DNA of 47,413 bases from an uncultured Muribaculaceae bacterium (GTDB lineage Bacteria > Bacillota_I > Bacilli_A > RF39 > UBA660): positions 1 through 47,413 of the forward strand of contig CAZJKO010000005.1 in NCBI GenBank assembly GCA_964546995.1, given 5' to 3'. A program made the position numbers and the translations under genes. The notes beneath the pieces were generated by a model. The model was given only the letters and a program-made list of their open reading frames with translations, ran no database searches and was not told the origin of the DNA. This document shows, in pieces, positions 18,211-27,960 of this stretch (position 1 is the stretch's first letter; each line of letters begins with the position of its first letter).

Positions 18211-19259
18211 AAGTCTTTCTCCTTTCTATCAAAGGTTTTGCTTTCTCTTAAATCTGTGTTATAGAAAACGCGACAATCGTCGATATCGTATTTTAGCATT
18301 GCTAGACGTTCTGCACCAAAACCAAAGGCAAAGCCACTCCAAATTTTAGGATCGTATCCTGCCATCGTTAAGACGTTCGGGTGAACCATTCCTGCACCTG
18401 ATACTGTAATCCATCCTGTCTTTTTGCAGATAGGGCAACCCTTTCCTTTACAGTTAAAGCAACTGATATCGACTTCGACTGATGGTTCCGTAAATTGGTA
18501 ATAGCTCGGACGGAAACGTGTTTTAACGTCTTCCCCAAATAACTGTTTCATGGCAACATCGATCGTTCCTTTTAGGTCAGATAAACGGATGTTTTTATCG
18601 ACTAGCAATCCTTCTATTTGCATGAACTGATGAGAATGTGTCGCATCGTCATCATCTCTTCGATACGTTTTTCCAGGACAGATCATACGTATGGGAATTT
18701 CTCCTTTTCCCTCTAACATCGTACGTACTTGAACAGGTGAAGTTTGACTGCGAAGCAAGATTTCTTCCCCTTCAATATAAAATGTGTCTTGGGCATCTCT
18801 TGCTGGATGACCTTTCGGAATGTTTAGCATTTCAAAGTTATATTTATCCTCTTCAATCTCAGGACCATCTAAGACATCATACCCCATCGATAAAAACACT
18901 TCTTCTACTTCTTCGATTAGTTTTTCTAAAATGTTGGGAGCTCCAATTGGTATCTTTGTCGCAGGAAGAGTAATATCGATCGCTTCTTGTTCTAAACGGT
19001 GATTCAATTCTTCCTCTTCAAAAGCTGTTTTCCTCTCTTCGTAGAACTCATTAAATAAATTCTTTAGATCATTTACCATTTTTCCAAAGGATGCTCTTTC
19101 TTCGTTAGATAGATCTTTCATCGATGAAGATAGTTCACTAATCGATCCTTTCTTCCCTAAATACTTTACTTTTAAATCGTTCAATTCTTTTAAATTGGTG
19201 ACTGTTTGCTTATCCCTTTCTAATTCTTCCTTGATTTTCATTCCATTTTCATTTTCCAT
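18207..19259 (-). CDS. pheS: Phenylalanine--tRNA ligase alpha subunit
   Basis: HPARDAQDTFY, FTEPSVEVD, GFAFGFGAERL; start behind GGAGG. Confidence 0.97.
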   Translation of the reverse strand: MENENGMKIKEELERDKQTVTNLKELNDLKVKYLGKKGSISELSSSMKDLSNEERASFGKMVNDLKNLFNEFYEERKTAFEEEELNHRLEQEAIDITLPATKIPIGAPNILEKLIEEVEEVFLSMGYDVLDGPEIEEDKYNFEMLNIPKGHPARDAQDTFYIEGEEILLRSQTSPVQVRTMLEGKGEIPIRMICPGKTYRRDDDDATHSHQFMQIEGLLVDKNIRLSDLKGTIDVAMKQLFGEDVKTRFRPSYYQFTEPSVEVDISCFNCKGKGCPICKKTGWITVSGAGMVHPNVLTMAGYDPKIWSGFAFGFGAERLAMLKYDIDDCRVFYNTDLRESKTFDRKEKDL

Positions 19260-19280
19260 ACTTATTCCTCCTTCCAAACA

Positions 19281-19485
19281 AAAACGGTAATGTTCCATAA
19301 GGACGCATTACCGTGTTACCACCTTAATTTATAGTAAAATACTATACACTCAAATCTCTTAACGCGAGATACGCCTAAGTTTCCTTAGGGACTTATAGGG
19401 TGAATTCATAAACGGGTGTAAGCATCTTTCGCACCAACCAAGACTTCTCTTTCTTTCCTCGTCTATTACTATGTCCTAATCTTCG
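19281..19485 (-). promoter_or_regulatory. T-box riboswitch (Phe)
   Basis: T-box AATTAAGGTGGTAACACGG (19311-19329), GGTTGGTGCGA/AGAGA stem I motifs, GAA-TTC-A specifier (UUC = Phe, 19402-19404), terminator hairpin with U-tract. Confidence 0.9.
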
Positions 19486-19542
19486 TCACTTAAACAACAG
19501 ATTCATTATAACAATAGTTTTTTATTTATGCAAGAATTAATT

Positions 19543-20892
19543 TTATTTGTCGATGACAATGACTGGGCGAACACCGATAGAATCATGTGGCCCCAAAGCG
19601 CAAAGATCAAGAGTATACTGTAATGTACCCAAATGAGGATGATTACCTATCCAAAATACAAGTTCACTACTTTCAGAGACAGCTGTCATCGTCCAATATC
19701 CATAATTTGCCCCTTCAATCTTCGAAGATTCTGTGCTTATATCATCATCAAGAGGAATATCTTCGTCATCAATCCATAAACTCATACCCTGTAAATAATT
19801 AAACATCCACACTGGACAACTTTTTTCTACGGAACTGCATCCTAAATCAGCCGCTTCTTTCGCAGTAATCATTCGAGCTTTCGCTGTTCTTTCTGACCAA
19901 CTATAAATATTCGTTGCGCAATTTAATGTACCCCAATCACATCCGGTAAAAGCATTATCTGCAAATGGAGTAACACCCATCGTATAGGTTTGATCTTTTA
20001 CATTGAGCCAAGATGAAGTTGCTTCTTCTAAAGCAGCAATGGCTGTTGTCGGACCTTTACTAGTATCTTCCCTTGTACAAGGAATATTATGCCACCCCAC
20101 TGTATCAACCACATTTTCCCTTTGTTGCATCGTCAGTGTACCATCGTTATTATCATACATAACATAAAAATACTTTTCTTCTGTATCATTAACTTTATAC
20201 TTTACTATTGTTCCAGGTTCATAAGTCGCAGGCCTTTCGGTTAATTCCACACAGGTACTTTCTTCTCCTGTAATACACTTTGATCCGTTTTCTTCACTAT
20301 AGCGATATACATTTAGGATGTTTTCGTTTGATGTTGATCCTGTGCTTTGAGTTGCTACTACTCTAATCTTTGTTTTGACCACTTGTCCCATCGCTTCGTT
20401 TCCTGTATTTTCATCGATCCATAGTCTTAAGTCATAAGTAATTGTCGCATTTCCATCGATGGTTCCACTATCTAAAATGCGATTGGGATTTTCTCCTAGT
20501 GTATTTAACAGTGCCGTTGTCTTGGTACCATCTTTTACTAGTTGATACTTTACTTTGGAATCAGCCATTCTCGTTTCATCTGTTTCTAAATCGATATCAT
20601 CCAAGTAGATTGTATATTCACTTGCTATATCACTATGGTTTTCTAGGGTAAAATGATAGGGATCTAATGTTTCCCCTACTTCATCTAACATCGGAACAGC
20701 TTTTTCTTGAGATATCCCCATACTATTTTCATCATTTAATATGAGTGATAAAGTTCCTGCTTTTAACACATTTACTTTCGTTCCATTTAATTGAAGTGTG
20801 AACCATGCGTAGGTTCCTCCAATTACTAAATCAAGTATCAGTAATACACTCATTCCAATCATAAACAGTTTCTTTTTCTTATTCTCTTCCAT
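19543..20892 (-). CDS. Secreted/surface protein with SipW-type signal peptide and Cys-rich C-terminal domain
   Basis: KKKK-hydrophobic-GGTYAWF, KAGTL, YDLRLWID; C-terminus YWT...GVRPVIVI. Confidence 0.8.
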   Translation of the reverse strand: MEENKKKKLFMIGMSVLLILDLVIGGTYAWFTLQLNGTKVNVLKAGTLSLILNDENSMGISQEKAVPMLDEVGETLDPYHFTLENHSDIASEYTIYLDDIDLETDETRMADSKVKYQLVKDGTKTTALLNTLGENPNRILDSGTIDGNATITYDLRLWIDENTGNEAMGQVVKTKIRVVATQSTGSTSNENILNVYRYSEENGSKCITGEESTCVELTERPATYEPGTIVKYKVNDTEEKYFYVMYDNNDGTLTMQQRENVVDTVGWHNIPCTREDTSKGPTTAIAALEEATSSWLNVKDQTYTMGVTPFADNAFTGCDWGTLNCATNIYSWSERTAKARMITAKEAADLGCSSVEKSCPVWMFNYLQGMSLWIDDEDIPLDDDISTESSKIEGANYGYWTMTAVSESSELVFWIGNHPHLGTLQYTLDLCALGPHDSIGVRPVIVIDK

Positions 20893-20989
20893 CTTCTACT
20901 CTCCTATCTTTACTAAGATTTTATCATTTTTTTTGGAAATGAACAATATTATTCCTTGGCGGTTTACACGTTTTAATCAAATATTTCTT

Positions 20990-22408
20990 TTATATTCGTA
21001 AAGTGCACCAGTAAATGAAACATACAATTAAATTGGAAAGAAAGTTTACGGTATTGTTGGTAAAGTATTTATATCCTGAATATTTTAAATTGTGTTGTTC
21101 TTTGTCTTCTTTTATTTTTTTCTTTTGGGGATCATAATACTTAATTTGATATAGATCTCCGAATATGCTATCAATAATGGAAGATAGGAATCCCAATACG
21201 ATAATGATTAGAAATGAAAATAGATTTCTATCTACGATTAAATGGAAACTAGCAATGGTTAAAGCTCCTAGTAATGCTCCTAGAAAGCCTAGTTTGGTTA
21301 CTCCTCCTGATAAACCTTTTTCTAATGGTTTTCGGGTAATGATCGATTTGACAGGTTCATGGCCCATCATTCCTATTTCACCACTCCATGTATCAGAGGT
21401 ACTCGCTGCAATCGTAATAAAGAATAATCTATAATATACTTGCTGTTTGGTTAATCCATAACCTATGGCAAAAATCCAAGCTAATAGACCATTGGCAAGA
21501 ACTTGTTTTGCTCCTCTTCGTTCGTGTTTTTTTGGCTCCTTCGTCTGCTTTGTTCTTATCTTTTCTAAAATGGTCGAGGAAAAAAGAAACGTACAAAGGG
21601 CAAGAAACGGGATTATTCCTAACCATTTTGCTACTGTAAACCCTAATGTTATCGCTACAATAACACCTGGTAGAGTCAATTTATGTGTATGATAACAGTA
21701 ATCACCTAATAAGATTAAAACGCTTCCTAGCAATAGGTCGTTTACGTTTAAAGGAATATAGTTAAATATTAACAAGATCCATAGTGTGGAAAGCGGTACT
21801 GTAAGATTGTCTAATCCTTTTATAGAGAAGCGTTCGATTATCATTGCAAGACATGAGGTAATGAGACTTATCTTTATATAGGTTTCAGGAAAAACTCCTT
21901 TTAATAGGATCATAAATACGATACTACTCGTCATAAAAAAAGCGAGGCTTCCTTCTAATGTTTTAGTCTCTTTTCCTACTTTGATTTGATGTTTTCCGTA
22001 GTAAGTGCCAACCAATCCTGCAACGGCATCACTTAATCCCATCGCGAGAACACTACAAGATGCAAAGGGAAAGAAGCTTTTTTGTTCAAATGAGAGATAT
22101 ACTAATATTAGTAATGAAAGTGCATACCAAACGATTCCTAAGTCTTGCTCTTCTCTTTTAAAACTTTCAAACCATTTCCTATGGGAAGATAAAATATTTA
22201 CGATGACAAACAAAAGTGGTAGGAAAATCGCTATGATGGTCGTTTTAAAGAAACAGTGTGCTAGAAAAAAGCATAATGATAATAAAACGTGAACGAGTTT
22301 TCTATTTGTTTCGTCTTTCATTTTCTTCTTTTTGCTTAAGATATTACTTCCTTTTATGACGATCCCTATATATATCGTAATGATGATCAATCCTACTACA
22401 TTATTCAT
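20990..22408 (-). CDS. Fusion of dolichol/phytol kinase-like (CTP-dependent) domain and DUF92 (TMEM19) membrane domain
   Basis: RKLVH, D..A.LVG..YG, KTLEGS, GLDNL; then R...QVLANG, SDTWSGEIG, GLSGGVT..G, NNTVN. Confidence 0.85.
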   Translation of the reverse strand: MNNVVGLIIITIYIGIVIKGSNILSKKKKMKDETNRKLVHVLLSLCFFLAHCFFKTTIIAIFLPLLFVIVNILSSHRKWFESFKREEQDLGIVWYALSLLILVYLSFEQKSFFPFASCSVLAMGLSDAVAGLVGTYYGKHQIKVGKETKTLEGSLAFFMTSSIVFMILLKGVFPETYIKISLITSCLAMIIERFSIKGLDNLTVPLSTLWILLIFNYIPLNVNDLLLGSVLILLGDYCYHTHKLTLPGVIVAITLGFTVAKWLGIIPFLALCTFLFSSTILEKIRTKQTKEPKKHERRGAKQVLANGLLAWIFAIGYGLTKQQVYYRLFFITIAASTSDTWSGEIGMMGHEPVKSIITRKPLEKGLSGGVTKLGFLGALLGALTIASFHLIVDRNLFSFLIIIVLGFLSSIIDSIFGDLYQIKYYDPQKKKIKEDKEQHNLKYSGYKYFTNNTVNFLSNLIVCFIYWCTLRI

Positions 22409-22477
22409 GTTTTCACCTACATCTTTTTATAGTCTACCATATCTTTTCTAAAGGAAAAAAGAGATTTTACGAATCTC

Positions 22478-23023
22478 TTATACTGTTAACAGTTCTTCTT
22501 CTTTTTCTTTTTCTAATTTTTCAATGTTTTTATTGTATTCATTTACTAAATCTTGTACTTCGTTTTGTTTTGCCTTTTCGATATCTTCTGCTAACTCTTC
22601 CTTTTCGATTTCATCCATGGCATCTCTTCTAATGTTTCGAATGGCAACTTTGGCTTCTTCGCTCATCGCTTTTACTTGTTTGATGAGTTCTTTTCGTCTT
22701 TCTTCGGTCAACATAGGAATGATGATACGAATTGTTTCCCCATCGTTATTTGGTGTGTATCCTAAATTACTTGCAAGAATCGCTTTTTCGATCGCAGAAA
22801 GACAACTTTTATCAAACGGTTTGATGACTAATTGTCTTGCTTCTGGTACAGAGATTGTTCCTAGCTGTTTTAATGGTGTATCTACGCCATAGTACTCTAC
22901 CATGACTCCATCTAAACTACTGGGATTGGCGCGTCCTGCTCTTACTGTGGTAAAACGTTTTTCTAAGGCTTCAATGGCTTTTGTCATTTTATCTTTTGTG
23001 TTTACAATTACTTGATCATTCAT
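22478..23023 (-). CDS. frr: Ribosome recycling factor
   Basis: VRAGRANP, LTEERRKEL, AKVAIRNIRRD. Confidence 0.97.
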   Translation of the reverse strand: MNDQVIVNTKDKMTKAIEALEKRFTTVRAGRANPSSLDGVMVEYYGVDTPLKQLGTISVPEARQLVIKPFDKSCLSAIEKAILASNLGYTPNNDGETIRIIIPMLTEERRKELIKQVKAMSEEAKVAIRNIRRDAMDEIEKEELAEDIEKAKQNEVQDLVNEYNKNIEKLEKEKEEELLTV

Positions 23024-23084
23024 TTTTTTCTCTCCTCTTATAACAATATATTACTATATTTTTTCTGAAAGTAAAAGGCTATTT

Positions 23085-23699
23085 TTATTTTTTTACGAGT
23101 TGTTTTATGTCATCTATTTGATATGTTGCCGAGAGATTTGCTTCTGTTTCCTTCGTTAAGAAGCACGTGTCGATACCTAATGTATTGGCACTTTCTATTT
23201 CTTCTTTATTCTTTGCTCCTACTACTAAAACATTATTTAATGACGTAAGACGATATTTTGAAATCATATATTGGAAGAACGCACGATTTTTAGTGTCTAA
23301 ATTTACTTCTTCTTTATAAATTACATCATGTAAGTAGGCAGATACTTTTAAGGCGTCTACTTTTTCCATGATACGATTTACGGATTCTGTTGAAGTTATG
23401 ATGATCTTTTTTTTATTTAGTGCTAAAGCGACAATCGTTTCCTTTACATCTCGATATTCTAATAAACGATCATCTAAGCCTAGCCAAATCATTTGATATG
23501 GAACAAAGGGTAAGATGTTTCTTCGTTCTTCCTCCGCCATAGAGGTAATCATCTTTTTCATTTCGCGCCAGTAGTGAACTTCGCTATTTTGTAAGACTTT
23601 TACTTCATTTACTAATGTTTCTATAGTTTCTTTTTTCTGTTGTAGTTCCCTTTCTACTTCCGTTAATAAAGAAGTATAGTTTTTGAATCTTTTTTCCAT
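23085..23699 (-). CDS. Degenerate HAD-like protein with N-terminal coiled coil
   Basis: IWLGLDDRLL (motif I-like), VLVVGAKNKEEIESA (motif IV-like), ATYQIDDIKQL C-terminus. Confidence 0.7.
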   Translation of the reverse strand: MEKRFKNYTSLLTEVERELQQKKETIETLVNEVKVLQNSEVHYWREMKKMITSMAEEERRNILPFVPYQMIWLGLDDRLLEYRDVKETIVALALNKKKIIITSTESVNRIMEKVDALKVSAYLHDVIYKEEVNLDTKNRAFFQYMISKYRLTSLNNVLVVGAKNKEEIESANTLGIDTCFLTKETEANLSATYQIDDIKQLVKK

Positions 23700-23827
23700 A
23701 TTATCACCTAAATTTATTATAATATAAAACGTACTTGATTAGAAAGAAAGATTTGCTTCTTGACAGACAAATATCTTTTTATTATTTTATTCTTTTCTAA
23801 AATGAAAAAGAATGGAAGTTCCATTCT

Positions 23828-24409
23828 TTAACAACTAGTACAGCCATCCGAATATACTTTTACTATTAGTTTGATATATTCTTCTTTTAGTTTTTCTTTG
23901 CGTTCTTCTGTTAAATATTCTTCTACTTCGCCGCTCATCGTCGACATATCGTTATTGTGTCCTACTATTTTTCCATCTAATACGAAATAAGTATCAGGAA
24001 CAAACAATCTTTTTTCACCTTCTGCAGTTTCGAATAAGTATTCGTTTGTTAATTCTACTATTTTTTGATATTCTTCTGTGTTGTTTTCTCTTATTTCTTT
24101 GGGATTGAAATAGTAAACTTCTTTGATATTTTTATCCATTAACGCTTCCGTTAAGATTTTGACTGATGCTTGGCACCATGGACATTCAGGAAAACCAAAG
24201 TAGATGATTCCTGTTCCTTCTTCTAGAAACTTTATCGCTTCTTCTACTGTCACATATTTAAACGGGTTATCCTTTGATACACTGTATTCTTTGGCAAACT
24301 TATCCGCATCTGTTAAGGTGTCAACTGGCTTTACGGTACATCCTGTCAAGGGAAGGAGAAGACATAAGATAAGAACGATACGACCTATTTTTTTCATTTT
24401 ATTATCCAT
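23828..24409 (-). CDS. Thioredoxin-fold lipoprotein
   Basis: Lipobox LTGC, YFGFPECPWC, VPDTYFV; C-terminal CTSC. Confidence 0.85.
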   Translation of the reverse strand: MDNKMKKIGRIVLILCLLLPLTGCTVKPVDTLTDADKFAKEYSVSKDNPFKYVTVEEAIKFLEEGTGIIYFGFPECPWCQASVKILTEALMDKNIKEVYYFNPKEIRENNTEEYQKIVELTNEYLFETAEGEKRLFVPDTYFVLDGKIVGHNNDMSTMSGEVEEYLTEERKEKLKEEYIKLIVKVYSDGCTSC

Positions 24410-25274
24410 TGATTTGATTCATTACTTCGCTAGCAAAATCTTCTTGTTTTTTCTCAATTCCTTCTCCAACTTCAAAACGAATCATTGTACTAATTGTTCC
24501 GCCATTATTTTTTACGTATGTTTCGACATTCATATCACCATTTTTTACAAATGGTTGTTCTAACAAGCAAATTTCTTTATAGAATTTGTTTAAGCGCCCT
24601 TCGACCATCTTTTCGGCAATCGCTTCTGGTTTTCCTTCTTGTTTTACTTGTTCTTTGATGATGTTTGCTTCTCTTTCTAACAGTTCACTTGGAACTTCTT
24701 CTCTTTTAATGCAAGTAGGATTCATGGCTGCAACATGCATAGCAACATCTTTCGCTACTTCTTCGTTTGTATTTTCTAATACGACTAAAGCAGCAATTCT
24801 TCCACCCATGTGTAGGTAACTACCAAATACTTGATTTTCGTTTTTGGTTACACTCATGAACCGACGGAAACTAATCTTTTCTCCAATTTTCGCTGTTATT
24901 TCAATTAGTTTATCTTGTAAAGTTTCTCCATCTACTTTAATTTGTAACGCTTCTTCTACTTCTTTTACATCATTTTCTAGAAGGAGATTTGCCACTAAGT
25001 CGACAAAGTTTTTGAATTCTTCGTTTTTGGCAACAAAATCTGTTTCTGAATTGATTTCTAAAATAACCGCTTTGTGATCGTTGCTGACAATTTCACAAAG
25101 TCCATCCGCCGCAATGCGCGATTCTTTTTTGGCCGCTTTGCTAATTCCTTTTTCTCTCAACCAATCGATCGCTTGGTCCATATTTCCACTACATGCTTCT
25201 AATGCTTTCTTGCAATCGAGCATTCCAGCACCTGTCTTTTCTCTTAAGTCTTTTACATCTTTTGCACTAAACAT
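24402..25274 (-). CDS. tsf: Elongation factor Ts
   Basis: VKDLREKTGAGMLDCKKAL, NSETDFVAKN, RFEVGEGIEK. Confidence 0.98.
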   Translation of the reverse strand: MFSAKDVKDLREKTGAGMLDCKKALEACSGNMDQAIDWLREKGISKAAKKESRIAADGLCEIVSNDHKAVILEINSETDFVAKNEEFKNFVDLVANLLLENDVKEVEEALQIKVDGETLQDKLIEITAKIGEKISFRRFMSVTKNENQVFGSYLHMGGRIAALVVLENTNEEVAKDVAMHVAAMNPTCIKREEVPSELLEREANIIKEQVKQEGKPEAIAEKMVEGRLNKFYKEICLLEQPFVKNGDMNVETYVKNNGGTISTMIRFEVGEGIEKKQEDFASEVMNQING

Positions 25275-25326
25275 ATTCTTTTTCCTTTCTTTTACAAACA
25301 AAGGTGGAATATTTCCACCTCCTGTT

Positions 25327-26271
25327 TTATCTTAACGCTTCTATTAATTCTTCTTTTTTCATTTTAGAATAGCCTTTGATTCCCTTTTCTTTGGCCATTT
25401 CTTTTAATTCTTGTAATGAAGGAGCCTTTTCCTCTTTTTTTGGTTCTTCTTTCACTTCTTCTTTTGCAGGTTCCTTTTGTTCTTCTTTGCTGTTTTCTTC
25501 TTTTTCAACTCTGATTTCTTTTCCGTCTTCCCGTTTTCCTTTTTTCTCACTCTTTGTTTTATCTTCTTCTGTCAAGAAATCTAATACTTCATTTCCGTTT
25601 ACTTCGGCAATGGCATTCGTTAAAACACCAATGATTAGTTTTACCGAACGAACGGCATCATCATTTCCGGGAATCACATAGTCGACCATATCCGGATCGC
25701 AGTTCGTATCGACAATTCCAAATACGGGAATTCCTAAAATACGTGCTTCTTTAATCGCAATTTCTTCTTTTCGTGGATCGACAATGATTAGTGCTTCTGG
25801 TACTTTCTTCATATCACGGATACCACGTAAGTTTTTGTTTAATTTATCGTATTCTTTACGAATACCAATTACTTCTTTTTTTGGTAATAGTTCGAATGTT
25901 CCATTCTTTTCCATTTCTTCGATTTCAATCATACGTTTTACACGTGATTTAATCGTTTTGAAGTTGGTTAATGTTCCACCTAACCATCTTTCGTTTACGA
26001 AATACATATTGGTGCGCGTTGCTGATTCTTCACTTGCTTCTTGAGCTTGTTTTTTGGTACCTACAAATAAGAATTTACCACCATTTTCAGCGATTTCCTT
26101 GATTTTTGCATATGCCTCTTCAATTTTCTTCGCTGTTTTTTGTAAATCGATAATATAAATATCATCTCTCGTCGTATAGATGTACTCCTTCATCTTTGGA
26201 TTCCATCTTCTTTTTTGGTGTCCAAAATGAACACCTGCTTCTAATAAATAATTCATTGACACAACTGCCAT
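25327..26271 (-). CDS. rpsB: 30S ribosomal protein S2 with charged linker and Rho_N-like C-terminal extension
   Basis: [26 protein letters not shown]; tail [28 protein letters not shown]. Confidence 0.97.
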   Translation of the reverse strand: MAVVSMNYLLEAGVHFGHQKRRWNPKMKEYIYTTRDDIYIIDLQKTAKKIEEAYAKIKEIAENGGKFLFVGTKKQAQEASEESATRTNMYFVNERWLGGTLTNFKTIKSRVKRMIEIEEMEKNGTFELLPKKEVIGIRKEYDKLNKNLRGIRDMKKVPEALIIVDPRKEEIAIKEARILGIPVFGIVDTNCDPDMVDYVIPGNDDAVRSVKLIIGVLTNAIAEVNGNEVLDFLTEEDKTKSEKKGKREDGKEIRVEKEENSKEEQKEPAKEEVKEEPKKEEKAPSLQELKEMAKEKGIKGYSKMKKEELIEALR

Positions 26272-26279
26272 AATTTTTT

Positions 26280-26365
26280 TCTCCTTTTCGTTTTTCTTCT
26301 ATTAATTTCTAAAAAATATCACTTATTTTCTAAGCACTCGACATTTCAATCCATTAATATGTCTA
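26280..26365 (-). promoter_or_regulatory. Possible S2 autoregulatory leader
   Basis: Position 5' of rpsB; ATTAAT arms enclosing GATT..GTGCT, reminiscent of Firmicute rpsB leaders. Confidence 0.35.
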
Positions 26366-26367
26366 TT

Positions 26368-26913
26368 TTATTTTAAAGCAGCAAGTAAGTCTGCTTTTTT
26401 CATGGTTCCTGTTCCTTCGATGCCTTTTTCTTTTGCAAGACTACGAAGTTCTGCAACAGTCATTTTACTAAGATCTTGTTCTTCTTTTTGGGTTTCCTTT
26501 TTTGGTTCTTTTTTCACTTCTTTTTTTGGTTCTTTGACTTCTTGTTTCGTGATTTTTCCAGCTTTCCCATCGCGAGCTACTTTGACAAGTTCTTTAAAGC
26601 TTGCAGGATCGTTGATTGCAATTTCACTCAACATTTTACGATTTACTTCTACTCCTGCTTTGTTTAAACCTTCGATAAATCTTGAATAACTGATTTCATT
26701 TTCACGGCACGCTGCATTAATACGTGTAATCCATAACTTTCTGAAATCTCTTTTCTTTTGTTTTCTATCACGGAATGCATATTGTCCAGAATGCATTAAT
26801 TGTTCTTTTGCTGTTTTATATAGACGGTGTTTGCTTCCGAAATATCCTTTTGCTTCCTTTAATACTTTTTTATGACGAGCTTTCGTCGTCACTCCATTTT
26901 TTACTCTTGCCAT
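26368..26913 (-). CDS. rplT: 50S ribosomal protein L20 with Rho_N-like C-terminal extension
   Basis: [23 protein letters not shown]; tail [34 protein letters not shown]. Confidence 0.97.
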   Translation of the reverse strand: MARVKNGVTTKARHKKVLKEAKGYFGSKHRLYKTAKEQLMHSGQYAFRDRKQKKRDFRKLWITRINAACRENEISYSRFIEGLNKAGVEVNRKMLSEIAINDPASFKELVKVARDGKAGKITKQEVKEPKKEVKKEPKKETQKEEQDLSKMTVAELRSLAKEKGIEGTGTMKKADLLAALK

Positions 26914-26939
26914 TTTCTTTTCCTCCTTCTTCTGTTAGA

Positions 26940-27128
26940 TTAAATGATATGTTTTAAACGGTTCATGTCGGCACTACTTAAGTTTGAACCTTTTCTATTC
27001 TTTCTATTGTATTTTGCTGGCTTGCTACCAGTATTATGGCGACTACCAGGGCATCCCATACTGATGCTTCCGCCTTTTCTTACTTTTAATACTTTTTTTG
27101 TACCTTTATGTGTTTTTAGTTTTGGCAT
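26940..27128 (-). CDS. rpmI: 50S ribosomal protein L35
   Basis: MPKLKTHKG; located between infC and rplT. Confidence 0.93.
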   Translation of the reverse strand: MPKLKTHKGTKKVLKVRKGGSISMGCPGSRHNTGSKPAKYNRKNRKGSNLSSADMNRLKHII

Positions 27129-27146
27129 AACTTTTTCCTCCTTATA

Positions 27147-27680
27147 TTACTTTTCTTTCTTTGGTGTTAGTAACATCGTCATGGTTCTTCCATCCAGTTT
27201 CGGACTTTGTTCAATATCTGCAAGATCCGTAAGCCGTCCTGCAAATTTTTCCATTACTTCTTTTCCGAGTTCTGTATGTGCCATTTGTCTACCTTTGAAA
27301 CGAATCGAAAGTTTAATCTTATCGCCTTTCTCTAAGTATTTTTTGACGTTTTTAAGTTTCGTTTCAAAGTCTCCTACATCGATCGTAGGAGAAAGACGAA
27401 ATTCTTTTAACTCAGACATATTGGCCCGTTGTCGTTTTAACGCTTCTTTTTCTTTTTTGATTTTCTCATAACGGAACTTATTGTAATCCATTACTTTGCA
27501 TACAGGTGGATTTCCATTTGGGTTGATGAGAACCAAATCAAGTCCTGCATATGTTGCTAGCGTTAAGGCATCACTTAATGGTTTTACTCCTACTTGTTCT
27601 CCATTAGGCCCAATTACTAGTACTTCTTTTGCTCTAATCTGCTCATTGATCAACATGTTGTTTTTGTTATTGTTCGCGAT
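27147..27680 (-). CDS. infC: Translation initiation factor IF-3 (probable non-canonical ATC start)
   Basis: INEQIRA, PPVCKVMDY, RFKGRQMAH; GGAGGTG SD 6 nt before the in-frame ATC at 27680. Confidence 0.95.
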   Translation of the reverse strand: MANNNKNNMLINEQIRAKEVLVIGPNGEQVGVKPLSDALTLATYAGLDLVLINPNGNPPVCKVMDYNKFRYEKIKKEKEALKRQRANMSELKEFRLSPTIDVGDFETKLKNVKKYLEKGDKIKLSIRFKGRQMAHTELGKEVMEKFAGRLTDLADIEQSPKLDGRTMTMLLTPKKEK

Positions 27681-27699
27681 AACAAACACCTCCATAATA

Positions 27700-27863
27700 A
27701 TAGAAAAAGTGAGCATACGCCCACCTTCGTTTTACCAAACAAAATATATCTTATTTTCTTTTGGCTTTTTACCTAAAGCTATTTGCAATCAGGTGGATGG
27801 ACTCATCGCTTTCCTTTTTTCAATTTATATGCCAATTATAGCGTTTTATTCGTTTTCTGTCAA
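27700..27863 (-). promoter_or_regulatory. Sigma-A promoter and putative L20 leader of infC-rpmI-rplT
   Basis: TTGACA (27858-27863)-17 bp-TATAAT (27835-27840); long-range pairing GAG..TCCACCT / AGGTGGG..CTC then U-tract. Confidence 0.6.
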
Positions 27864-27960
27864 CTGTTTTTTCTTTTTTGTGTTAAACTTCTATGATCTT
27901 GCTACTTATAACTATACATTATAATAACTATATACAAGAAAAAGCAGTATTTCTACTACT

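Noticed and set aside
12629-19002. Many plus-strand ORFs opposite ppdK, tdk and pheST
   Set aside because: Antisense shadows of well-supported genes; Ser/Phe/Ile-rich, no motifs
19543-19800. Diversity-generating retroelement
   Set aside because: No template repeat or reverse transcriptase seen in the window
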